A stretch of 64,000 bases of DNA, from positions 3,786 through 67,785 of IMG/VR virus record IMGVR_UViG_3300000401_000001; one strand, written 5' to 3'. Positions 51,480 through 59,567 of the stretch are shown in pieces. Positions within the stretch are counted from its first letter, which is position 1, and every line of letters begins with the position of its first letter. This DNA is from a virus. A model generated the notes under the pieces. It was given only the letters and a program-made list of their open reading frames with translations, was not told the origin of the DNA and searched no databases. A program made the translations under genes and the position numbers.

Positions 51480-51629
51480 CTACTCTCCATCAGCATCCTC
51501 ACGAACACATGACATCAAATAATCAATAAAGTCCTGTTCTGTCCAATCATTAAAGATCGATTCTGCAGGATCATTCTCATCCCAAGAGATGTTAAATGAT
51601 CCATCATCGTTTTCAGTTACACTAATCAT
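51480..51629 (-). CDS. Acidic peptide (49 aa; not in ORF track)
   Basis: MISVTENDDGSFNISWDENDPAESIFNDWTEQDFIDYLMSCVREDADGE; ATGA overlap upstream. Confidence 0.6.
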   Translation of the reverse strand: MISVTENDDGSFNISWDENDPAESIFNDWTEQDFIDYLMSCVREDADGE

Positions 51630-51958
51630 CGTTTGTCAATCTCAGGTAGCATTTCGTTTCCAGGATGATCATTAACCACACCATCGTATGCTTTATTATA
51701 TTGGAAATAGCTATCATCTAGTTCCAACTCATCCCACCATTGATTATACACCAAGGCGCAACACTTAGTTGTTGGGTGACGTGCAGAAGGATCACCATGT
51801 GGATATTCATTACAACAAATTGTAATGTAATCATCACAGATGAATTCTATTGGTCCTTCGATGTTCTTGTAACGAACTCGTGCACCAATACTGAGAGACT
51901 TGATGATGTTCCGCACTTCTAGTGGTACAGATTCTCCAATGAAAAGTGGTGTGGTCAT
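51626..51958 (-). CDS. Hypothetical protein (110 aa)
   Basis: First gene behind the promoter at 51994-52052. Confidence 0.7.
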   Translation of the reverse strand: MTTPLFIGESVPLEVRNIIKSLSIGARVRYKNIEGPIEFICDDYITICCNEYPHGDPSARHPTTKCCALVYNQWWDELELDDSYFQYNKAYDGVVNDHPGNEMLPEIDKR

Positions 51959-51993
51959 GTGTCAGAGTTGTGGTTATTTGTCCTGACGAGTGA

Positions 51994-52052
51994 AGTATAG
52001 CAAGTGGAGCACACAGGTCAACAAAGCATAGTCCACTTAATAAACTGTCCAC
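51994..52052 (-). promoter_or_regulatory. Early promoter with upstream motif
   Basis: GTGGACAGTTTATTAAGTGGAC, then TTGACC-N16-TATACT (TGn extended -10). Confidence 0.7.
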
Positions 52053-52571
52053 TCATCGAAAGTTTGCATTAATGAGTATTCTGTTTTTATGTCTAGAAGG
52101 CGAATGTCCCGTGTGCAAATATCTACCATTAAATACAATCAATCTATTTGCTTTTGGTGCCACACGTTCTAAATTACCATTATCACCCAATATAATCGTA
52201 TCACCATCGCTATTGTTGACATAATATATACAAACCGTGTGTGGTTCTTGACTATCAACATGAAAAGAATGTCTATAACCTTGTGGGTTATATAGTGTCA
52301 TATCTGCCCGAACACGTAAGCATTCTTTAGCATTTAGATACGATTGCATCATCTCAACCAGAGTACAGAACTCAGGATCACTTTCCGAACTTAGCCAATG
52401 ATTAAAACCGTGTGCCTGAATATCATTACAACCATGGGTGAGAGTCTTCTGGTAATACCACGGAAACACACATCCATCAAGTAAAGTTAAGATTTGGTTA
52501 TGGTAGTCATCATCTAGAAAATCATCAATGATTTTCAGATCTAAGCTGAAGTGCTGTTGCGATTTCATCAA
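52053..52571 (-). CDS. Fe(II)/2OG oxygenase (about 170 aa; start uncertain)
   Basis: FHVD, IYYVNNSDGDT, PKANRLIVFNG..LHTG and RILINAN. Confidence 0.8.
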   Translation of the reverse strand: MMKSQQHFSLDLKIIDDFLDDDYHNQILTLLDGCVFPWYYQKTLTHGCNDIQAHGFNHWLSSESDPEFCTLVEMMQSYLNAKECLRVRADMTLYNPQGYRHSFHVDSQEPHTVCIYYVNNSDGDTIILGDNGNLERVAPKANRLIVFNGRYLHTGHSPSRHKNRILINANFR

Positions 52572-52689
52572 TCAATTTCCTCTTGTTAGTAGGAAGTTCA
52601 CCACATTTTGCATAATAATCTTTCTGAAGTAGAAATAGAGCATACTTTAGCAGTTCTTTTTGCTCTTTTGTAAGAACGGCTGACCTCAT
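52525..52689 (-). CDS. Hypothetical protein (54 aa; not in ORF track)
   Basis: MRSAVLTKEQKELLKYALFLLQKDYYAKCGELPTNKRKLIDEIATALQLRSENH; overlaps the next gene by up to 47 nt. Confidence 0.45.
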   Translation of the reverse strand: MRSAVLTKEQKELLKYALFLLQKDYYAKCGELPTNKRKLIDEIATALQLRSENH

Positions 52690-52724
52690 TAGAAACATTG
52701 GTCTTCCCCCAAAGACTCAACTAT

Positions 52725-53252
52725 TTAACAAACTCTAGGGCGAAAATTGACATTTAGAGCAACTCGTACACCTTTTGTAGGAGATGCAGATGCATGTGTT
52801 TGTAAACCATCAAATACAATCATCTTGCCCTTTGCTGGTTGACTCTTTTGGATCACAGAACCATCCTGAAAGAAATGTGTAGAGCCATCAGAGTCATTTA
52901 CATAATATAAAGCAGTTGTATGTGGAAACTCAAAATCTACATGTGGGTTATGATGTTGCTTACCATCAGGATACAGTAAGCCCAATCGTGCTCTGTAGAT
53001 ATCACTGAAAGGTTGTTCAGCAATGTTTGCAATACACCTAAGAGCACTCTCAAATACATCATAATATTGAGAGGCTGGCTGATAGTCCATCACCAATACA
53101 TGCGAGAAGCTACTACTATCGTAGTTTCCGATTCCCTCTTCCAACCATGTAGTTTCCCTGATGAAATACCAAGGAAATTGTGGACTTAGGCAAAGTTCTT
53201 CGATCTGATCTTCCATACATTGTGGAAGAGGATAGCTAAAACTCGATTTCAT
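52725..53252 (-). CDS. Fe(II)/2OG oxygenase (175 aa)
   Basis: PHVD, LYYVNDSDGST, GKMIVFDG...HAS and RVALNVN. Confidence 0.85.
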   Translation of the reverse strand: MKSSFSYPLPQCMEDQIEELCLSPQFPWYFIRETTWLEEGIGNYDSSSFSHVLVMDYQPASQYYDVFESALRCIANIAEQPFSDIYRARLGLLYPDGKQHHNPHVDFEFPHTTALYYVNDSDGSTHFFQDGSVIQKSQPAKGKMIVFDGLQTHASASPTKGVRVALNVNFRPRVC

Positions 53253-53940
53253 ATTGTTTCCGATCAGATTCTACATCAAGAGGATACATGCAAGGAATAC
53301 TCATAGACAACCTCTTGCCGCCAGGAAAGGGTTTATGATAGGTCCTAGCAGGAATATACATCACATCTCCAGGTTTGAGTGTAACATCTAGCGCAATAGT
53401 AAGTTCTTGTCCCTCTTTATCAGGCAGATAAGGTTCATCAGTCATCTCAATCAGAGCAGAGCATCTCTCCTCATATACATTCCAATGTGTTTCACCATCA
53501 ATTTGACAAATAAAGTTTGGAGGAAGATCCCAATGGGCGCCAAATGATTTACTTCCCTCTTTCGCACTACCAAATATATGGGCATCACAATTGCAGTCAA
53601 ACATATCCTCAATATTCTCTAGAAGATTGTCCACTGCGGCATTGTAGTGCCCATACTGTTCGATGATAAATGTATGACCTTCGTTGATCGCTTGGAATAG
53701 TTCATGCTTATGTGGCACACCCTTTTCATGCCATACCTCAAACTTTTGAGGAAGATGCAATCGCCGTCCCTCAAGATTAAGAACAGCACAACGATAATAC
53801 CATGGATTGTTAAAGCAATGAGTAACAGTATCCCAGTTTACATATTGAGTTGGATTACTCAATGCTTCTCGCCACACCATAGGTTTATCACCACATTGGT
53901 ATAGGCTTGGATTTAGAAATGGCAATATAAGTTTATTCAT
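53236..53940 (-). CDS. JmjC/cupin-4-like oxygenase (234 aa)
   Basis: SFGAHWD..NFICQIDGETHW.VY and LKPGDVMYIPARTYH match the JmjC (RoxA/NO66-type) pattern. Confidence 0.8.
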   Translation of the reverse strand: MNKLILPFLNPSLYQCGDKPMVWREALSNPTQYVNWDTVTHCFNNPWYYRCAVLNLEGRRLHLPQKFEVWHEKGVPHKHELFQAINEGHTFIIEQYGHYNAAVDNLLENIEDMFDCNCDAHIFGSAKEGSKSFGAHWDLPPNFICQIDGETHWNVYEERCSALIEMTDEPYLPDKEGQELTIALDVTLKPGDVMYIPARTYHKPFPGGKRLSMSIPCMYPLDVESDRKQYEIEF

Positions 53941-54608
53941 TGTACTGTATCAAATTCTCCTTCTGTAGGATCTAAAGGATAACCACTGAAATTGATACTG
54001 ATAGCAATACGTTCACTATCATCATTTGGTAGTGTACGATGCTGCAGCCATGAAGGGAAGATTAGATAATCAGATCTTACTGTCTCGGCTGTGAAGTAAT
54101 CGTAACTGTAACCAGAAGTTCTAGACCAATCATCGTATGGTGCATCCAAAGGACACATCCTCAGTATTTGCTCAAGTGGATTTGCAAATTGCAGATCACT
54201 AGAACCATGATTTTTTACAAAGTAATATACCACAGAAACATGTGATTTGCCCCTACCATTTACATGGGCATGTAGACCAGTTGAGTCGCCATTGGTGTGA
54301 AGATTAGCCCACATACTGTCAACATACATGTGATAATCTTTGCGATAATGAAGAACATTCTGCCAATAGTCCTTTACATCAGCCAGAAGAGGCAGTGTAA
54401 GCCAATCAAATATAGGGTTCTGAAATAAAGCACTACCACCCTCAAGTTCTGACGTAGACTTACCAGTTTCTAAAGCCCAGACACCTTTATTACAATTCCG
54501 AAACAATGAATGTAGATATTCATAGGTTTCGGAATATTGTTTAGCATTTGGTACAATGTATCCCTTTCGCACGGGGACTGAAAATAAACTAAGATCCTTT
54601 TCTCTCAT
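53937..54608 (-). CDS. Fe(II)/2OG oxygenase, TIGR02466-like (223 aa)
   Basis: SMWANL, HAH, SVVYYF, LIFPSWLQH and RIAISIN. Confidence 0.85.
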   Translation of the reverse strand: MREKDLSLFSVPVRKGYIVPNAKQYSETYEYLHSLFRNCNKGVWALETGKSTSELEGGSALFQNPIFDWLTLPLLADVKDYWQNVLHYRKDYHMYVDSMWANLHTNGDSTGLHAHVNGRGKSHVSVVYYFVKNHGSSDLQFANPLEQILRMCPLDAPYDDWSRTSGYSYDYFTAETVRSDYLIFPSWLQHRTLPNDDSERIAISINFSGYPLDPTEGEFDTVQ

Positions 54609-55275
54609 GGGATTTAATAATGTCGTGCAGGTTTCTCTTATTTCTGTTTGGAATTAGATTAAAGGAAATACTGATACGATCTTCGTGTGTTTCGTTTTCT
54701 CGCACACCATGTGGAATCCAGGATGGAAATAGAACTAGCCTACCTTCTTTTGGTGGATATGTCCAGGTAGCAAATGTGTGTGGAGTTTCTGCTTTACTCA
54801 AATCTTCAGCAAGTCCAAGAGAGTGAATCACGTAGGCTTCCATTGCATTACGATGGAAACATATATGACCAGGATCTCCAGCATCTTCTGGAGGAACTTT
54901 AACATAAAAAGCACCAGACATCAATGAACCTGGATGAGTATGTGTTTCGTTATACCCACCATTGTTATTGATGTTGATCCATACATTTGCAAACTCTAGT
55001 GTAGTAACACAAGACTCAAAAGTATCGAATGCTTTGTTTGCTGATGATTTAATCTGCCTCAACAAGTTGGCAAATTCATCTTCTGTAGGCTCACCTTGGA
55101 TGATCTCTTCACCAAAAAAATCAGGGGATTGATAATTCATCTTTCCCCTGTTACTACGTGATTTGCTAGGCATAGATTCAGCAATGCTATAGCAAATCTC
55201 TTGCATTTTAGCAATATCAACATCCAGATCAACCCACCAAATAGGAGTGGGAAAAATATAATCTAGATTCATCAC
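54589..55275 (-). CDS. Fe(II)/2OG oxygenase, TIGR02466-like (228 aa)
   Basis: VWININ, HTHPGSLMSGAFYV, GRLVLFPSWIPHGV and RISISFN. Confidence 0.9.
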   Translation of the reverse strand: MMNLDYIFPTPIWWVDLDVDIAKMQEICYSIAESMPSKSRSNRGKMNYQSPDFFGEEIIQGEPTEDEFANLLRQIKSSANKAFDTFESCVTTLEFANVWININNNGGYNETHTHPGSLMSGAFYVKVPPEDAGDPGHICFHRNAMEAYVIHSLGLAEDLSKAETPHTFATWTYPPKEGRLVLFPSWIPHGVRENETHEDRISISFNLIPNRNKRNLHDIIKSHERKGS

Positions 55276-55739
55276 TTAACAGAATTCAGTTTATCAGTAC
55301 CAGTTTCAGTTGTGTCAGCTTCCCAATCAGCATACTTTTCATAACCAGGACGAGTGCGTACTTTAATTTTCTTACGCATCTCTTTAATCTCACTCTCAAC
55401 CCAAGGCTGAGGCTCTTCACCAAGAACATATTGGCGGAAGAGATTAATAGTTTCCAAACCACCCTCAAGCTTCACAATTTCATCACGAAGAGTATTCATC
55501 TCCGTGAAATCAATTCGCGTTTCGGGGCGATCAAAGCTCATGGAAGACAGCGACTGTTGCATCTCACTGTACCTGTTAAACTTTTCCCTATGCTGATAGA
55601 TCAGATTACGCCAGAGATCCTCAAGACTCTTAACTGCATCCTCAGGACTATCAACTTCATTAATCACTTCAGGTTCAGTTTCTACTTCGATTTCTTCTTC
55701 GATCACTTCAGGGAGATCAAGAGTTTGCTCTTCAGACAT
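55272..55739 (-). CDS. Hypothetical protein (155 aa; acidic N-terminus, coiled coil)
   Basis: ORF track; GGAG RBS; overlaps both neighbours. Confidence 0.7.
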   Translation of the reverse strand: MSEEQTLDLPEVIEEEIEVETEPEVINEVDSPEDAVKSLEDLWRNLIYQHREKFNRYSEMQQSLSSMSFDRPETRIDFTEMNTLRDEIVKLEGGLETINLFRQYVLGEEPQPWVESEIKEMRKKIKVRTRPGYEKYADWEADTTETGTDKLNSVK

Positions 55740-57327
55740 AATTACTCCTATAAATTGTTTGTTTTTGGAACTCGTAAGACGATGGGAGACTGTTGCACCA
55801 ATCTAACATCTCTTTATTCCACTCGTCAATCCTTAGCTCTGCTGTATTCAGCTCTTGTTGATCAACTTCTGGTAAGAGATTGTTTTGTAGTCTTTTAAGA
55901 CGCAACGTATGAGTATTTAGAGGATTAAATCCCATACCAGCACCAACATAGCGCAGACCATCGTTATGTGCAGGATCACCTATAAATTCATAGGCAACAT
56001 GCTTTTCTGATGCCCAACGGACAAATAGATTATCCAATCCACCAGTATCAAAATCATATTGTACTTCATCACTAACAAATTTCCAATATGGGGTCTCTCT
56101 TGCCGAGAAGGCATAATGGGCTGCGATAAAGTTCTTAAATCCCTCAATCTCTAGGTCTGCAACTAAGTTTAGCATATCAACTTCAGCGCGGTTAATAATA
56201 CCACCACGACCAGCAAGATTGTTACATAGACGAATAATTTGTTCATGTGTAACCAGCAAACCCGTTGCTTCTAGAGGTTCCACAAAACAGTTGGATAATC
56301 CAACCGCACACACATTCTTCACCCAAGATCTCTTATGTTTACCATTCTTAAATCGAATGGTTCTCATTTGTGCTTTATCTGCCCTATCTTTTCCTCTAGT
56401 CTTCACAAGGTATTCATACAATTCAGATTCTGGATCTTTGCAGAAAGATGAAGAGTGAACATATCCAACACCAGATCTCTCCCAAAGAGGAACATCCCAA
56501 ACCCAACCATTATCAATGGCAGTGCAATTTGTTGTGTTTGTAACCTCTTTAGAAGGATCTTCGTGAGGCATGTGACATGTTACAGCTGTATCATTGAGTA
56601 GACAACCACCATCATTATGATGGAATGATACAAACTCTTCACCCATGAACTGCTCCAAAAGGAGAGACTTAAACCCAGTACAATCTACATAAAGATCATA
56701 CTCAAATCTACGCCCATCGTCAGTCAGAAGAGCTGTGATGTTGCCAAAGTTATCTTTCTCACAGTCAACAACATTTCCAGTGTGATAATCAAGACCAGCT
56801 GGAATACAGATATTGTTCTTTAACCACTGACCAAACTTAATGGCATCCATATGATATGCAGTATCAATATCTGGATTCCAATAAGTATCGTCGTTTGTCA
56901 GCTTATTATGCCAAGCAAGATGCCCAACACTATTGTAAGTTCTTGCAAAGGTATCTCTGGTGAACTTATCTGGCTTTGTAAGATTTAGGGCATACCATGT
57001 CATCCATCCATGAGGAAGTGCATTCAGTCTACCTTCAGCAGTTCCGAATGGATAGTCCCATAGTTCATCTTTCTTGTAAAAATCATTAAATCGAATGTTG
57101 ACCTTATATGTTGAGCCAGTGTCTTTCATCCACTGTTCATCTTTAAGATCCAATAGAGCGAAGAAATCATTAATTTGACCAAGTGTAGATTCACCAACCC
57201 CAATTATGGGATAGTCTTCACTCTCAATCAAAGAAACTTTAATGTGTGGACATAACTTAAGAAGGGCGGTAGCGGTCATCCAACCAGCAGTACCGCCCCC
57301 CACAACAAGGACATTATCTACTTTCAT
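55732..57327 (-). CDS. Flavin-dependent tryptophan-halogenase-family protein (531 aa)
   Basis: VVGGGTAGW (FAD), IGVGEST, TYKVNIRF (catalytic Lys position), AYHMDA, DLYVDCTGF, GWVWDVP (WxWxIP variant) and FVEPLEATG. Confidence 0.9.
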   Translation of the reverse strand: MKVDNVLVVGGGTAGWMTATALLKLCPHIKVSLIESEDYPIIGVGESTLGQINDFFALLDLKDEQWMKDTGSTYKVNIRFNDFYKKDELWDYPFGTAEGRLNALPHGWMTWYALNLTKPDKFTRDTFARTYNSVGHLAWHNKLTNDDTYWNPDIDTAYHMDAIKFGQWLKNNICIPAGLDYHTGNVVDCEKDNFGNITALLTDDGRRFEYDLYVDCTGFKSLLLEQFMGEEFVSFHHNDGGCLLNDTAVTCHMPHEDPSKEVTNTTNCTAIDNGWVWDVPLWERSGVGYVHSSSFCKDPESELYEYLVKTRGKDRADKAQMRTIRFKNGKHKRSWVKNVCAVGLSNCFVEPLEATGLLVTHEQIIRLCNNLAGRGGIINRAEVDMLNLVADLEIEGFKNFIAAHYAFSARETPYWKFVSDEVQYDFDTGGLDNLFVRWASEKHVAYEFIGDPAHNDGLRYVGAGMGFNPLNTHTLRLKRLQNNLLPEVDQQELNTAELRIDEWNKEMLDWCNSLPSSYEFQKQTIYRSNYV

Positions 57328-57333
57328 AAAGAA

Positions 57334-57888
57334 TTATTGTGCTTCAGGCAGAGGTTCGGGAAGTACCATATCAGGTACATTAGGACCATATCTTCCAATA
57401 CCAAATTCCTTCTGTGCATCATCGGGAATCTCAAATTCACCCAACCAGCAAGGAATATCTTCTGTATGTGGGAAAGGTTCATTTGGAAGAACTTTCTGTT
57501 TAACAACACTGGTTGTCCCATCGTCGTTCAGAACTTCCATTTCTTCATACACAACTTCAGGCTGAGTCTCCTTCACATTTTTGATGTGTTGGAAGAATTT
57601 ACCTTCTTTTGCTGCTTCACCAAAGAGACCTGCTTCGATGTCTCTATAAAGCATAGAAAGTTGTGCCCCAGGATCACCATAAGCAACGATACGAAGCATC
57701 TCAGGATCGTGATAAGAAAAGTCGGGAATCCACTCCCCAAGTTCCATTTTCCAGAGATTAGTAGCATCGTCGGGAATATCCATCCACTTCAGAGAAGAAC
57801 CAGGACCTGTATAGACCTCAAATTCTTCGCCTGCCTCGACAATATCTGTGATAAATCCGTCAGCGCGGACAAGTGCTCTTTTTGCCAT
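57334..57888 (-). CDS. Tail-fibre-associated protein (184 aa)
   Basis: QLSMLYRDI..G......FFQHIKNVK...P resembles the motif of small proteins that commonly follow phage tail-fibre genes. Confidence 0.55.
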   Translation of the reverse strand: MAKRALVRADGFITDIVEAGEEFEVYTGPGSSLKWMDIPDDATNLWKMELGEWIPDFSYHDPEMLRIVAYGDPGAQLSMLYRDIEAGLFGEAAKEGKFFQHIKNVKETQPEVVYEEMEVLNDDGTTSVVKQKVLPNEPFPHTEDIPCWLGEFEIPDDAQKEFGIGRYGPNVPDMVLPEPLPEAQ

Positions 57889-57894
57889 TTTAGA

Positions 57895-58695
57895 TCAATC
57901 GAATTCGTAGACTACAACAATACCCTGGCGACCATCGCCACCACGCTCACTATTCTTACCAGAGGAACCACCAGCACCATAAGCAGCATGGCTGCGATAA
58001 CGCTGTGCCCACTGTTGCTGTCTATGTGCTGTAGGAGAAGCACCACCCCAGAAGGATGTGCCACCATGACCAAGACCAGGAGGATTACGATGACCCTGCG
58101 AAGAACCACCATAGATTCTCACCGAACCCTGATTGGGATTACCACCCAAAGCACCATCATGTTGTTGGTTTCTATTTGCACCTTGGCCACCACCAGAGGA
58201 ACAATAGTTACCAAAGGAAGAAGTACCACCATTACCAGCACGACCAGAGTAATTAGTACCACCACCAGCACCACCAACAGTCACAGAGATAGAGTTAATG
58301 TTTTCCACATTAACAATAGTCTCGGTATGGCCACCAGCAGCACCAGATTCACCATAGCCACTACCACCACCGCCACCAGCAGTACACATAACCCAGATGC
58401 GTCTAATACCACTGGGCTTATTCCATGTAGAGCTACTGTTGTAGACAGAAATGGATTTAGGACCACCACCAGTTGTGATAGTTGCCCAAGACATAGAAGT
58501 TCCGTTTGTACTCAGGAACTTGCCAGACTGTCCAGACAGGGATGGAATAACTTGCGACGAGGAACCAGAAATGGTTCCGTTGATAACGATATTACTCACG
58601 GTCAGAGTACCATTCACTGTAATGGAACCAGAGGAAAGGTTAAGACCGCCAGAACCAGAAAGGTCTCTAATTGAGGATACTTTTAGGGTACTCAT
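57895..58695 (-). CDS. Glycine-rich virion/tail-fibre-like protein, paralog 1 (266 aa)
   Basis: MSTLKVSSI N-terminus, GKFLSTNGTSMSW linker, and a C-terminal Gly-rich domain ending GRQGIVVVYEF. Confidence 0.75.
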   Translation of the reverse strand: MSTLKVSSIRDLSGSGGLNLSSGSITVNGTLTVSNIVINGTISGSSSQVIPSLSGQSGKFLSTNGTSMSWATITTGGGPKSISVYNSSSTWNKPSGIRRIWVMCTAGGGGGSGYGESGAAGGHTETIVNVENINSISVTVGGAGGGTNYSGRAGNGGTSSFGNYCSSGGGQGANRNQQHDGALGGNPNQGSVRIYGGSSQGHRNPPGLGHGGTSFWGGASPTAHRQQQWAQRYRSHAAYGAGGSSGKNSERGGDGRQGIVVVYEFD

Positions 58696-58719
58696 TGATT
58701 ACTTTGTCTCCTACTTTGT

Positions 58720-58727
58720 TATTTATA
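58720..58727 (-). promoter_or_regulatory. Canonical T4 late promoter TATAAATA
   Basis: Plus strand tatttata at 58720-58727, 24 nt before ATG 58695. Confidence 0.75.
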
Positions 58728-59531
58728 TCAAATGAATTCATAGACTACAACAATACCCTGGCGACCATCGCCACCTCTTTCGCTGTTACGACCAGAGGAA
58801 CCACCAGCACCATAAGCGGCGTGTGCACGGTATCTTTGCGCCCATTGTTGTTGTCTATGTGCTGTAGGCGAAGAACCTCCCCAAAAAGAACATCCACCAT
58901 GACCAAGACCAGGAGGATTTCTATGACCCTGACCAGAACCTCCATAGATTCTAACAGATCCTTGGTTGGGAGTACCACCCAGAGAACCTTCATGTTGTTG
59001 GTTTCTGTTAGCACCCTGACCACCGCCAGAAGAACAATAGTTGCCAAAGGAAGAAGTACCACCATTTCCAGCACGACCAGAGTAGTTACTGCCGCTACCA
59101 GCACCACCAACAGTCACAGAAATAGAATTGATGTTTGCAACATCCACAAAAGTCTCTGTATGCGCACCTGCAGAGCCAGATTCACCATGGCCACTACCAC
59201 CACCACCACCAGCAGTACACTTAACCCAGATACGTTTTACGCCAGAAGGCTTATTCCATGTACTGCTACTGTTGTAGACAGAAATTGAGTTAGGAATACC
59301 TAAGTTCGCACTAGATGCCTGCCAAGAAATAGAAGATCCATTTGTGTAGAGGAACTTACCAGCCTGACCACTCTGGGAAGGAATAATATATCCAGAAGAA
59401 CCAGAGACAGAACCGTTAATAACGATGCTATTCACCGTGATAGGACCATTTGCAGTGATAGCGCCGTTAGAAAACGACATACCACCTTGATTATTCAGAT
59501 CCTTAACTTGTGCAACAGTTAGGCGAGTCAT
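58728..59531 (-). CDS. Glycine-rich virion/tail-fibre-like protein, paralog 2 (267 aa)
   Basis: C-terminal domain nearly identical to paralog 1; AGGAG RBS. Confidence 0.75.
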   Translation of the reverse strand: MTRLTVAQVKDLNNQGGMSFSNGAITANGPITVNSIVINGSVSGSSGYIIPSQSGQAGKFLYTNGSSISWQASSANLGIPNSISVYNSSSTWNKPSGVKRIWVKCTAGGGGGSGHGESGSAGAHTETFVDVANINSISVTVGGAGSGSNYSGRAGNGGTSSFGNYCSSGGGQGANRNQQHEGSLGGTPNQGSVRIYGGSGQGHRNPPGLGHGGCSFWGGSSPTAHRQQQWAQRYRAHAAYGAGGSSGRNSERGGDGRQGIVVVYEFI

Positions 59532-59556
59532 TTTTGCGTATCAATCTCCTTTTAGT

Positions 59557-59563
59557 TATTTAG
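59557..59563 (-). promoter_or_regulatory. Late promoter variant CTAAATA
   Basis: Plus strand tatttag at 59557-59563, upstream of ATG 59531. Confidence 0.5.
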
Positions 59564-59567
59564 TATA

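Noticed and set aside
40000-52100. Promoter repeats as a possible CRISPR array or IS ends
   Set aside because: Copies are degenerate, spaced 0.5-2.5 kb apart by genes and tied to -10 boxes. No cas or transposase gene is present.
49089-58309. Single TTTTCCACA matches at 49089 and 58301
   Set aside because: Isolated hits inside coding sequence are compatible with chance.
57337-59288. Plus-strand 445-aa and 205-aa Thr-rich ORFs
   Set aside because: These are the reverse complement of Gly (GGT) runs in the Gly-rich paralogs, which read as ACC (Thr) and suppress stop codons.
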